A stretch of DNA of 64,000 bases from Somniosus microcephalus (lineage: Eukaryota). The position numbers were made by a program, and so were the translations under genes. Where the stretch lies: NCBI GenBank assembly GCA_052327205.1, contig CM126202.1, forward strand, positions 407,526,001 to 407,590,000, written 5' to 3'. Below the pieces are notes generated by a model. It was not told where the DNA came from. It did no database searches and was given only the letters and a program-made list of their open reading frames with translations. This document shows positions 51,342 to 62,783 of this stretch, piece by piece (the stretch's first letter is position 1; every line of letters starts with the position of its first letter).

Positions 51342-52039
51342 GGCCTAGAAATTCGGTATGGCCCCGCCAGGTCTTTTGCGCCCGAAATTTAGCGCTCGCC
51401 AGGATTCCCGTAGCGCCCACCTAAAATTCAGTTGCGACGGGCCAAGACGGCGGCGGGCGCTATTGCAGGGTTTGGCCGCCTCGCTAGGGGCGTTAAATGT
51501 CACTTTCAGGCGTTCAGCTCCCGCTGCGGCACCCGATGCGGTGCGGCAGGCTGGGGTACTGCAGGCCTCCTCCTTCTCTTAAGGAGGAGCTGCCTACAGC
51601 CGTCAGATCACCGGTGGATTCCCCCGGCAAATGAGCCCGGCACCACGGAGAAGTGCCGGGCTCGCGGGACACAGACATCAGTGCCGCGGGGGGGTGGTGC
51701 AGGAGTCCGGGGAGGGAGGTGCGGGCAGGCGGCCGCCGGGAAAGCGGCCGGCCGCCGCTCCACCTTTATGCGCCGGCCTTTCGGAGCTGCAAGACCCCGT
51801 TTCACAAACGCTGTTTGCGGCTGCCACAGGCGAGGCGGCCGCAACTGAATTTGGCCATCGGGCCAGAATAGCATTGCAACCGGGGCGCTGCGCACACCGA
51901 TGACGTCATCGGTGCCGGCGCAGCGCTACCGGCTAACGCCGATGTTAGGGTCCATCTGAATTTCGGGCGGTAAAAAACTTTAGGCGCAAACCACTTTATA
52001 GCCAATAAGTGGGTGCAAACGCAACTGAATTTCTAGGCC
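51342..52039. mobile_element. Harbinger-type MITE, TSD CAC
   Basis: Perfect TIR ggcctagaaattc / gaatttctaggcc; CAC on both flanks; CpG-rich. Confidence 0.9.
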
Positions 52040-52651
52040 CACCTCTCTGCACTCTGGAACACTGGGGGTAAAATTGGGTGCCTTTGTGCCTCCCGTTAGC
52101 GCTCCGGGGGGCTCGAATGGCTTTGCGACCGGGCACGGCGCTGACATTGACTCCCGCCATATTTGGCAGGAGTTTTGCGGCAGCACTACAGCGTTGCACC
52201 CCGATCTCCTTTGCCCGGAGATCGTGATGTCATTGCCGTGCACATCGTCCCGGTAGCGCCCTGGACCCGAAATTGACTTCTGCCCCCTGCAGCAGTGCCG
52301 GTCGAAAACACCGACAGCTGCAGGAGGTGTGCATCAGGTGGCCGGCCGCTTCAGGGGTGATGATTAAAGGCGAGGTGGCCGGGGTAAGTGGAAAAAAAAC
52401 CTTTCTTGTTCTAGTTTTTTCACGGGTTCCTGCCCACAATCGATCAGCCCGGTACTCTGCTTGAGTGCCGGGCTGATCACACGGGATCGTGGCTGCCTTG
52501 GTGGTCCAGGTATGTACTTTTTAAATTGCAGAGCCTGCAGTGATGGCCCTTCCCTTTAAGGGATGGTGTGGAGATGCCGGAGTTGGACTGGGGTGGACAA
52601 ATGTAAGAAGTCACACAACACCAGGTCATAGTCCAACAGCTTTATTTGAAA

Positions 52652-52688
52652 TCACAAGCTTTCGGAGCGCTGCTCCTTCTTCAGGTGA
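52652..52688 (-). ncRNA. Minimal type I hammerhead ribozyme
   Basis: Minus strand: tcac CTGAAGA a GGAGC agc GCTCC GAAA gc tt gtga (stem I tcac/gtga, intact core, stem II, palindromic AAGCTT). Confidence 0.8.
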
Positions 52689-53036
52689 AGTGGAGAAATG
52701 CATAAAGACACAGCTTATATAGTCAGAGAATCATGTCAGATGTTTACAGGTAACCTTTCCAACTGCCATTTATCACACCTCGGCAGAGAGATAATCACAG
52801 CAGTCAAAGGTGTGAATGGTGTCCAAACAGGTCAGTCAGGGAAACATTACATCAAAGAACAATGAGGTGGGGTCACAAGGGGTCAAATATTGCAGATGCT
52901 GGGGTCTGTATGAAAAACAAAAAGACAGACAAAAAACATTTTTTTTGGCTGGAAATCACAGCAGGTCCGGCCGCATCTGTGTAGAGAGAACAAGCCAATG
53001 TCGACTCGAGTCTGGATGACCCTGCATCAGGTGGGG

Positions 53037-55022
53037 TTACATGTAGCATGACATGAACCCAAGATCTCGGTTGAGGCCATCCTCATGGGTGCGGAACTTG
53101 GCTATCAGTTTCTGCTCGACGATTTTGCGTTGTCGTGTGTCTCGAAGGCCACCTTGGAGAATGCTTACCCGAAGATCGGAGGCTGAATGTCCTTGACTGC
53201 TGAAGTGTTCCCCGACTGGGAGGGAACACTCCTGCCTGGTGATTGTTGCGCGGTGTCCGTTCATCCGTTGTCGCAGTGTCTGCATGGTCTCGCCGATGTA
53301 CCATGCTCCGGGGCATCCTTTCCTGCAACGTATGAGGTAGACAACGTTGGCCGAGTCACATGAGTATGTACCATGTACCTGGTGGGTGGTGTCCTCACGT
53401 GTGATGATGGTATCTGTGTTGATGATCTAGCATGTCTTGCAGAAGTTGCTGTGGCAGGGTTGTGTGGTGTCGTGGTCGCTGTTCTCCTGAAAGCTGGGTA
53501 ATTTGCTGCGAACGATGGTCTGTTTGAGGTTAGGCGGCTGTTTGAAAGCGAGTAGTGGAGGCGTGGGGATGGCCTTAGTGAGGTGTTCGTCGTCATCAAT
53601 GACATGTTGAAGGCTGCGAAGAACATGGCGTAGTTTCTCCGCTCTGGGGAAGTACTGGACGACGAAGGGTACTCTGTTGGTTGTGTCCCGTGTTTGTCTT
53701 CTGAGGAGGTCTATGCGATTTTTCGCTGTGGCCCGTCGGAACTGTCGATCGACGAGTCGAGTGTCATATCCCGTTCTTACAAGGGCGTCTTTCAGTGTTT
53801 GTAGGTGTCCATCGCGTTCCTCCTCGTCTGAGCAGATCCTGTGTATTCGCAGGGCTTGTCCATACGGGATGGCTTCTTTAACGTGGTTAGGGTGGAAGCT
53901 GGAGAAGTGAAGCATCGTGAGGTTGTCCGTGGGCTTGCGGTAGAGTGAAGTGCTGAGGTGTCCGTCTTTGATGGAGATTCGTGTGTCCAGGAATGAGACT
54001 GATTCTGAGGAGTAGTCCATGGTGAGTTTGATGGTGGGATGGAACTTGTTGATGTTATCGTGTAGTCTTTTCAGTGATTCTTCGCCGTGGGTCCATAGGA
54101 AGAAAATGTCGTCGATGTATCTGGTGTATAGCGTTAGTTGGAGATCCTGTGCAGCGAAGAAGTCTTGCTCGAACTTGTGCATGAAGATGTTTGCGTATTG
54201 GGGTGCAAATTTGGTCCCCATGGCTGTTCCGTGTGTTTGGGTAAAGAACTGGTTGTCGAAGGTGAAGACATTGTGGTCAAGGATGAAGCGGATGAGTTGT
54301 AGGATGGCGTCTGGAGATTGGCTGTTGTTGGTGTTGAGTACTGAGGCTGTCGCAGCGATGCCGTCATCGTGGGGGATACTGGTGTAAAGTGCCGAGACGT
54401 CCATCGTGGCGAGGAGTGTTCCTGGTTCAACTGGTCCGTGGGTGCTGAGCTTCTGTAAGAAGTCTGTAGTGTCGCGACAGAAGCTGGGGGTTCCCTGTAC
54501 GATGGGTTTCAGGATGCCCTCGACACATCCAGAGAGGTTCTCACACAGGGTTCCGTTGCCTGATGCGATAGGACGTCCAGGTGTGTTGGCTTTGTGTATC
54601 TTTGGGAGGCAGTAGAAGTCTCCCACGTGGGGAGTACGTGGGATGAGAGCATGTTGGATGCTTTGAAGGTCTGGATCGAAGGTTTTGATCAGTCTGTTGA
54701 GTTGGCGGGTGTGTTCTTTGGTCGGATCTGCGGGTAACTGTCTGTAGTGTTCCTGGTTGTCCAGTTGTCGGTATACTTCTTTGCAATAGTCCGTTCTGTT
54801 CTGTATGACGATGGCACCTCCTTTGTTTGCTGGTTTGATGACGATGTTGCGGTTGGTCTTGAGAGCGTGGATGGCGTTGCGTTGTGCTCGGGTGACATTG
54901 TGAGTGCGGCTGATGAATCTGGCGTTGATGCATCTCCTGACAGCTTGAGCATACATGTCAAGCTTAGGGCAGCGACCCTCCGGAGGGGTCCAATTTGACT
55001 CTTTCTTCTTCGGTTGCTGCAC
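53037..55022 (-). pseudogene. Penelope RT-GIY-YIG ORF with a single in-frame stop at 53427
   Basis: FYCLPKIHK, MDVSALYT, GTAMG, RYIDD; Cys linker PCHSNFCKTC; VVY..WYIGET..RMNGH in the same frame. Confidence 0.92.
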
Positions 55023-56514
55023 TGCGGATCCCTCTGTCTGCTGTTCCGGATCATTGATTGTCTCATTGGGTTCGCTGCTGACATCTTGGGATTTGTGGAA
55101 GAATTCCCGGAGCCTTTAAGGGAGGGAAGGAGCCCTTGAACGCGGCAGCGCAGCATGGCCCAGTGTGCAGCGCTGCTGAAGTCTCCGCCCCGCTCTGCGA
55201 TGTCAGCACCCTAAGAAGGAAGTGGCGCATTTGATTTAGCGCTCCACATCTCTCTTAGGGCGCTAAAACTCAATTTCATAGTCGTCAGTGCTAAATAGCG
55301 CCCAGGCGACGTTAGCACCCCAAAATGGTCGATACCGAATTTCTCTAAATCTCTTTGTCTTGCTACATCTCAATCTTCTTTCAAAAACCTCCTTTAAATT
55401 TACCCCTTCAACTGTACTTTCAGTTAGCTCTCCTAATGTCTGTCCTATTTTCTGCTAGGTTATCATGACTCTCCATAGATGATCTTGGAACATTTTGTTA
55501 TGTGAAAAGTTCCGCATAAATGTGAATTGTTGTTGTCTTCTGTAGAATGTAGTGCTGTTTTAAGACATTTTTCTCACAAATATATTTTCTGGTGTGGCAT
55601 TGGATAATTGGAAGTGCGGTTGTTAATGTGTTTCTACCTCCTGGAGGATTTCAAATAAGAATACTTAATAGGTTGTGAATAAGCCAATGTCTCACCAACA
55701 AGACGCCATCATAACTATCAGAGAACCACAAGCCAGACTCTGAAGCAGGGAGTCAAATTCTCTAGACAGCAAAGAGCTTTCATCAGAAAATAGGAAGTAA
55801 CATTTGTTCAGCAACAATGAGAATCACGGATTTATGTAGCAACCCACTTTTTTTTTAAAACCTGCTTGATATTTCCATTTATAATGCATAGCAGTCTCAA
55901 ACTTTCTGTGGATGTTTCCCCCTCCAATTTTCTTTCCTCTTCTCCTAAATTTCCTAACTCCTGTTGTGGCTGCATAGGCTATGGTCAACCTCTGGTACCT
56001 CACCCACATGACCATTCTTCATGTGTGAGTGCTATGCAGTAAATGTCAACAGGTTTAGCAAGTGTGCGGAATAATACAGCCAAGTCTGATCCTGACCTTG
56101 CCCGAGGTTCACCTTTATATGTACTTTGTAGTAGGGGCCACTGGTTAGCAATCTGGGCAGCAGGCCTGACTGATAATTTCCCCTCCCTATTCCTCTACCA
56201 CAATTCCAATGAGATTGGCTCACCTCAGGGATCGGCCTTGGAATCCTAGGAAGTGTCACCTGTTCGTTGGGAGACAGCAGACTGGCCAGATGTACAGTGG
56301 TATAGTCAGAAAGCAGTAAACAGCAATAACTGTGCTGGGACATTCTTCTGAGTCACTGCTGTAATCAAATACTGATTACCGCACCAGCAGGTGTCTGAAT
56401 GAATCACTCACACACAGTTCCCTCAAACACAGCTTTCAAGGTCTGGGACCTGGGGGCTAGAGGCTATTTCAAGAACTTTGATTATAAAGGTATGAGACAA
56501 CATCCGACCAATAA

Positions 56515-56835
56515 ATATCTCTCTTCCCTTTCCTGTGTGTCTCTTTTTCCCTCGGTCTCCTCCCCTGTGTCCTTTGTGTCCTCTGCTTTTCTCTTTTCCA
56601 TTCCCTTCCTCCTTTTTCTCTCTGCTGCCTCTCCCCTTTATTTTTTCCTTTCTCTCTCATGCTCATTTCTTCTCTTTGCTTTTCCCATTTCCTTCCTTTT
56701 CTCTGTCTGTCTGCCTCTCTTCTCCTTTCTCTCTGGCTTCTCTCCCTCCCTTCTTCTGGGTTTCCCTTTCTTTCTCTCTTCTTCCTTTGGTTACTCTATA
56801 CCTCGCTTTCTCCCTTCCCTTCTCCCTTTTTGTAC
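56515..56835. repeat. Pyrimidine-rich low-complexity tract
   Basis: Almost entirely C/T. Confidence 0.85.
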
Positions 56836-59486
56836 TTATGGTGGCTGATTTTATGAAATTGTGCTCCCACCAGGAGTGTGCATTAGGATATCATGGGCAT
56901 GCTCCTGATTTTTTTTTGTCCATTAAAATGGAAGCACACCTACAATTTCTCAATACATGCTCCCGGAAGATAAGCTCCAAGAAAACACATTCATAAAATC
57001 ATCCCTATGTATTTCTATTTGCTATACTTTTATTTCTTAATATAAATACACTGGGGAGGGGGAAGTGTCTTGTGGATGAAGCACACTGGTGCGCCAAAAC
57101 ACTGTGAAATGGAATTGTAGAATAAAGATTCCTGTCAGCAATTCCTTAGATATGGTCAGCTCCCGATCTCAGTTGAGCAGTCAGGATACAGCCGTAAGCA
57201 GTAGTTCAGGGATATCTCAGCGGGAAACAAAATTTGCGAGGACAGTCACCCTTCGGCTGACTCTTATGTACCTCCTAGCAACTGGGTCAAGAAACAAAAT
57301 GCCGGCATTGAATCACAAAATGATATTTGATATTCATTATCGCTACTAATTGCTGAATCATCAAATTCTAGACTGGAATGGTAGGGATCCCTGTCTCCAA
57401 ATGACAGGAGGACTCCATCCTCACATATTGTACCCAGCTAACTTCATCATTATTTTAAGGAGCATACACCCTCTGTGGAGGACATATCAGTCAAAATTGT
57501 CATTCTGGACCATGGCAGTTTTGCAAGACCAGACTGTGTACTTGTACTGACTTCAAAAGTACTTCATTGGCTGTAAAGTGCTTTGGGACGTCTTAAGATC
57601 ACGAAATGCGCTATATAAATCTTTCTTTTTTCTTTTTACTACTTGTAACACACAAAGCAGTCTTCACTGAGCAGCTGAGATATCTAACAAGTCTGACAAA
57701 TGTTACCGGAAGGATCGAGACGCCATGAAATTTAAATATACTATCCTTTAAAAATATTTTTGCTGGCAATAAGCCGCCGAGCTGTAGAAATTTGAACTTG
57801 CTCAGGGACGGGCAATTTTTAGCAAAATGAAAGCCGGAAGGAATGGAGGGGCGCAGATTCATTCACAAAACCGTCACCCTTCAGTTCGTAGATTACTGAG
57901 TTTATAGATTATTAGCTCAATGCTGTAAGGAACTGTGGAGTTACAGCCTCAATTTAAACTCTGCACCAACTGAAGTAAATATTTTCATATTCCTGGCCAT
58001 AATTTATTTGTAATATTAAACCAAATGAGATACTTGTGTGGATGGGATGGAGAGGGAGTAGAGAGTTCGTAATATTCAAAAAATGATTAAAACTAAAAAA
58101 TAGCTCCAAATTTTACAATATAATCTGTAACAATCTGTCTCGCTGACAAGCAAGATGATGAGACCAGTGGCAGTTTCAGAATCTGACGTGCGAGACAAAT
58201 ACAGCAGCAGCAATCACTGAGAGCATCAGACAAGGCAGTGAGTGTAGCAGCAGTGGCGAACAGTTGATAAACAAGGTGACATCCGCCGTGGAGAGAGAGA
58301 GACAGATGCGATGGTCAGGAGAGTAGCAGTGATGGAGAGTGACAGGCGATACAATCAGTGCAGTAGCAATTACAGATAGTGAGAGAGATAGCAAGGACAG
58401 CAACCGTTAGAGAGTGATGGACGAGACAGTGAGAGTGGCAGCAGTTGTGAAGAGCGAGGTTTGAGACACATAAGGATGGCTGCAGTTGCTGCAGACAGTG
58501 ACAAAGGAGTAGCAGTCACTTTTGCACAAAGTGACAGGCTAGATGGCAAGATAGTTGCAATTGTGGAACGTGACAGATGGGACGATGACATCAACTACAG
58601 TTGCAGAGAGTAACAGACTGGTAGAGAAACAGTTCTATTCTCCATTTTCAAAGACAAGTGTGAATATAATCAAAGAAAAATTCCTGATAGTTCCCACATC
58701 ACGAATGTCAGAATAATTTCAGCACACTAGACTGGAGTTCCCCTTTAACTGCTTTTCTGGCTGTGACCAGTATTCACTGTTTATACAGTGCGATGGAAAT
58801 AAGGGTGGATAATTGCCACAATGCCGGAAGTGTGAGGCAAGGGTGATGGAGAAGATATGAGGCCTGAAGGAGAATTTATTTTTATTTTGATATGTTACAA
58901 CTGTTCAGAAGAGACAAGTAGTCGAGTACACTTTAATCTCAATAGAACAACAAAAAAGGATAAGAAATTCCTGTGCAGATTTTATCAGGACACTGCTTGC
59001 AGTATCCTGTCGGCCTGAATTCATAAGTTGAAAAAAAAACATTTTTTTAAAGCAAGAGATCCAGAGTTACAAGGACGATGTAAAGCGAGAACCCCGTGTT
59101 CCATGTGTGGAGTTGCTTCTCTCAGTAGTGTTTATGGAGAGCAGCAAGATTAGGTCAGACAGCTCCACGCAGGGCGATAGGAGCTGCTCTTGTACGCTGC
59201 CTTGTGGTTGAAATCAGAGCAGTGTGGCAGAGGCATGGCACCCCTGCCTGTTCTCTTGGCTGACAATAGTACATTGCAGGGAGTCACCAAGAAAAGTGGA
59301 GGGTAGAAAATGCTATTCCAAAAGTAAGTCTCGCCAGTCTATCCAGTTGTTGCACAAATTCCAGGCTCTATTCAGTACATTTTAATTACCTTTTACCTCA
59401 ACTGCGGAGGGACTCAAAACTCACCTGCAATAAAGTCATTTGTGAATTACAAACTTACCTTCACATGTAAGAATATAAACAGTGTT

Positions 59487-60897
59487 TAGAAACATAGAAG
59501 ATAGGGGCAGGAGTAGGCCATTCGGCCCCTCAAGCCCGCTCCGACATTTAATGAGATCATGGCTGATCATCCAAATTCAGTAGCCTGTCCCTGCTTTCTC
59601 CCCATATTCCTTGATCCCTTTAGCTTCAAGAAATATATCCAACTCCTTCTTGAATATATTTAATGAATTGCCCTCAACTGCCCTGTGTGGCAGAGAATTC
59701 CACAGGTTCACCACTCTCTGGGTGAAGAAATTCCTCCTCATCTCTGTCCTAAATGGCTTACCCCTTATCCTTAGACTGTGACCCCTGGTTCTGGACTCCC
59801 CCACAATTGGGAACTTCCTTCCTGCATCTAGTCTGTCTAGTCCTGTTAGAATTTTATAAGTTTCAATGAGATCCCCTCTCATTCTTCTAAACTCTAGCGA
59901 ATATAAGCCTAATCGACCCAATCTCTCCTCATGTGTCATTCCTGCCATCCCAGGTATCAATCTGGTGAATCTTCACTGCACTCTCTCCATAGCAAGAACA
60001 TCCTTCCTCAGATAAGGTGACCAAAACTGCACACAATACTCAAGGAGTGGTCTCACCAAGGCCCTGTACAACTGCAGCAAGACATCCTTGCTCCTGTACT
60101 CAAATCCTCTCACTATGAAGGCCAACATACCATTTGCCTTCTTAACCGCCTGCTGCACCTGCATGCTTACCTTCAGCGACTGGTGCACAAGGACACACAG
60201 GTCTTGTTGCACTTCCCCTTTTCCCAATCTATTGCCGTTCAGATAATAATCTGTCTTCCTGTTTTTGCCACCAAAGTGGATAACCTCGCATTTATCCACA
60301 TTATACTGCATTTGCCATGCATCTGCCCAATCACCCAACCTGTCCAAATCATACTGGAGGTTCTCTGCATCCTCCTCACAACACACACGCCCACCCAGCT
60401 TTGTGCCATCTGCAAACTTGGAGATATTACATCTAGTTCCCTCGTCTAGATCATTTATATATATGTTGTGAATAGCTGGGGTCCTAGCACCGATCCCTGC
60501 GGTACCCCACTAGTCACTGCCTGCCACTCGGAAAAAGACTCTTTGCTTCCTGTCTGCCAACCAGTTCTCTATCCAAGACAGTACCTTACCCCCAATCCCA
60601 TGTGCTTTAACTTTACACGCTAATCTCTCATGCGGGACCTTATCGAAAGCCTTCTGAAAGTCCAAATACACCACATCCACTGGTTCTCCCTTATCTTTTC
60701 TACCAGTTACATCCTCAAAAAATTCCAGTAGATTAGCCAAGCATGATTTACCTTTTGTAAATCCATGTTGACTTTGTCTGATCTTGTCACTTTTTTCCCA
60801 AATGCTCTGCTATTACATCTTTTATAATGGACTCTAGCATTTTCCCCACTACCGATTCCCTGTTTTCTCTCTACCACCCTTTTGAAATAGTGGGGTT
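59487..60897 (-). mobile_element. 5'-truncated CR1, same subfamily as 1127-6058
   Basis: ORF2 fragments 59577-60740; shared diagnostic variants; tail tagaaacataga. Confidence 0.95.
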
Positions 60898-61049
60898 TCA
60901 TGAATGTTTCTGGAATACTCATTTTACATAAACTCCACAGAGTAGCAATTAATGTCTGTACATCAAAGGTTTGTGAGGCCACAAGGATGCAGCAGGGTCT
61001 ATTCTTCTGACAGTGGAGTTCAGGAATATTGTAGAAGCAGAGAAGAGGG

Positions 61050-62000
61050 AGCTTTCAACCATACCCTCACCACCACCTTTGATGCCCTAGTCCCTATTAA
61101 AACAATTACCCTCTCTCACCCTAGCTGTTCCCCCGGTACGGCCCTCATTTTTGCTCCCTTAAGTCCAAGAGACGCAGACTTGAACGGATATGGCAGACAA
61201 CTGGTTTAGCCATTCACCGCCAGGTCTGGTTGGACCACATAAAGCATTATTGGGTTCTGCTCTCATCTGCCAAAACTACTCACTATTCCAGAATCATCCT
61301 GGAATGCAAAGATAAACCCCAGATTCTATTCTCTACTGCTAGCCATCATTTTAAACCCCTTTCCCCTGTCTCCTCCACCCTCACCTCTGGCAACAAGTGT
61401 GAGGAGCTCCTGGACTTTTTGTCTCGAAGATTGAGACCATCCGTTCAGCTGCCTCTGCCACTTCCCTTCCTTCCCCAAGCCCACCGGGCCAAACTTTCTC
61501 TTATGTTCTCCCCTGCCCTAGCCCTGAACTCGCATCATTCTCCAGTTGTTCTCCGATCTCCCCTCATGACCTCTCCGCACTCATCTTGTCCACGAGACCC
61601 AGTTCCTGCTCCCTCAACCCTATTTCCACCAAACTGCTGACTACCCAACTTCCTTTTCTGGCTCCCATGTTAGCTGACATTGTTAACGGTTCTTTTTCCT
61701 CAGGTACTGTCCCCCTCTCCCTCAACTCTGCCGTCATCACCCCACTACTCAAAAAAACAACCCTTGACCCCTCCGTCCTTGCAAACTACTGCCACATCTC
61801 CAACCTCCCTTTCCTCTCCAAAGTCCTTGAACGTGTTGTCACCACCCAAATCCGTGCCCATCGTTCCCCCAACTCCATATCTGAATCCCTCCAATCAGGT
61901 TTCCGCCCCTGCCACAGTACTGAAATGGCTCTCATCAGTCACAAATGACATCCTTTGTGACTGTGGCAAAGGTAAACTATCCCTCCTCGTCCTTCTCGAC
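61050..62000 (+). mobile_element. L2-like LINE ORF2 fragment
   Basis: SSCSLNPISTKLL..NGSFSSGTVP..ISNLPFLSKVLER..QSGFRPCHSTE. Confidence 0.85.
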
Positions 62001-62783
62001 AAAGTCCCACATGGGAGACTGGTCAAGAAGGTAAGAGCCCATGGGATCCAGGGCAAATTGGCACATTGGTTCCAAAATTGGCATAGTAGCAGGAGGCAGA
62101 GGGTGATGGTCGAAGGTTGTTTTTGTGACTGGAAGCCTGTGTCCAGTGGTGTACCGCAGGGATCAGTCCTGGGTCCTTTGCTGTTTGTAGTGTACATTCA
62201 TGATTTAGATATGAATGTAGGAGGTATGATCAGTAAGTTCGTAGATGACACGAAAATTGGTGGAGCGGCAAATAGCGAGGAGGGAAGCCTTAGGCTACAG
62301 GGCGATATAGATGGGTTGGTCAGATGAACAGAACAGTGGCAAATGGAATTTAACCCAGAAAAGTGTGAGGTGATGCATTTTGGGAGGACTAACAAGGCAA
62401 GGGAATACACAATGAATGATAGGACCCTAGGAAGGACAGAGGATCAGAGAGACCTTGGTGTGCATGTACATAGATCCCTGAAGGCAGCAGGACAGGTAGA
62501 TAAGGTGGTTAAAAAGGCATATGGGATACTTGCCTTCATTAACCGAGACATAGAACATAAGAGGGGAGGTTATGATGGAGCTGTACAAAACGCTAGTTGG
62601 GCCACAGCTGGAATACTGTGTGCAGTTCTGGTCGCCACACTATAGAAAGGATGTGATTGCATTGGAGAGGGTGCAGAGGAGATTCATTAGGATATTACCT
62701 GGGCTGGAGCGCTTCAGCTATGATGAGAGACTGGACAGGCTGGGGTTGTTTTCCTTAGAGCAGAAAAGGCTGAGGGGGACCTG
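62001..62783 (+). mobile_element. CR1 RT fragment fused to the L2 piece and interrupted by the LTR element
   Basis: KVPHGRL..GVPQGSVLGP..FVDDTK..LEYCVQFWSP. Confidence 0.88.

Larger units (their letters stand above)
52564..55112 (-). mobile_element. 5'-truncated Penelope-like element (Neptune type), 11-bp TSD
   Basis: RT + GIY-YIG; cctttaaggga at 52553-52563 and 55113-55123. Confidence 0.93.
52064..55347. mobile_element. Harbinger-type MITE split by the Penelope insertion
   Basis: ggggtaaaattggg ... ccgaatttctcta; the halves rejoin at cctttaaggga. Confidence 0.7.

Noticed and set aside
51342-52560. CpG island or GC-rich ORFs as a host gene
   Set aside because: Bounded by TIRs and a TSD; these are MITEs.
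56399-56996. Hydrophobic membrane-protein-like ORFs
   Set aside because: C/T low-complexity tract.
59305-59330. ATG...AA|gtaagt micro-exon on the plus strand
   Set aside because: Too short, with no supporting promoter or downstream exon.
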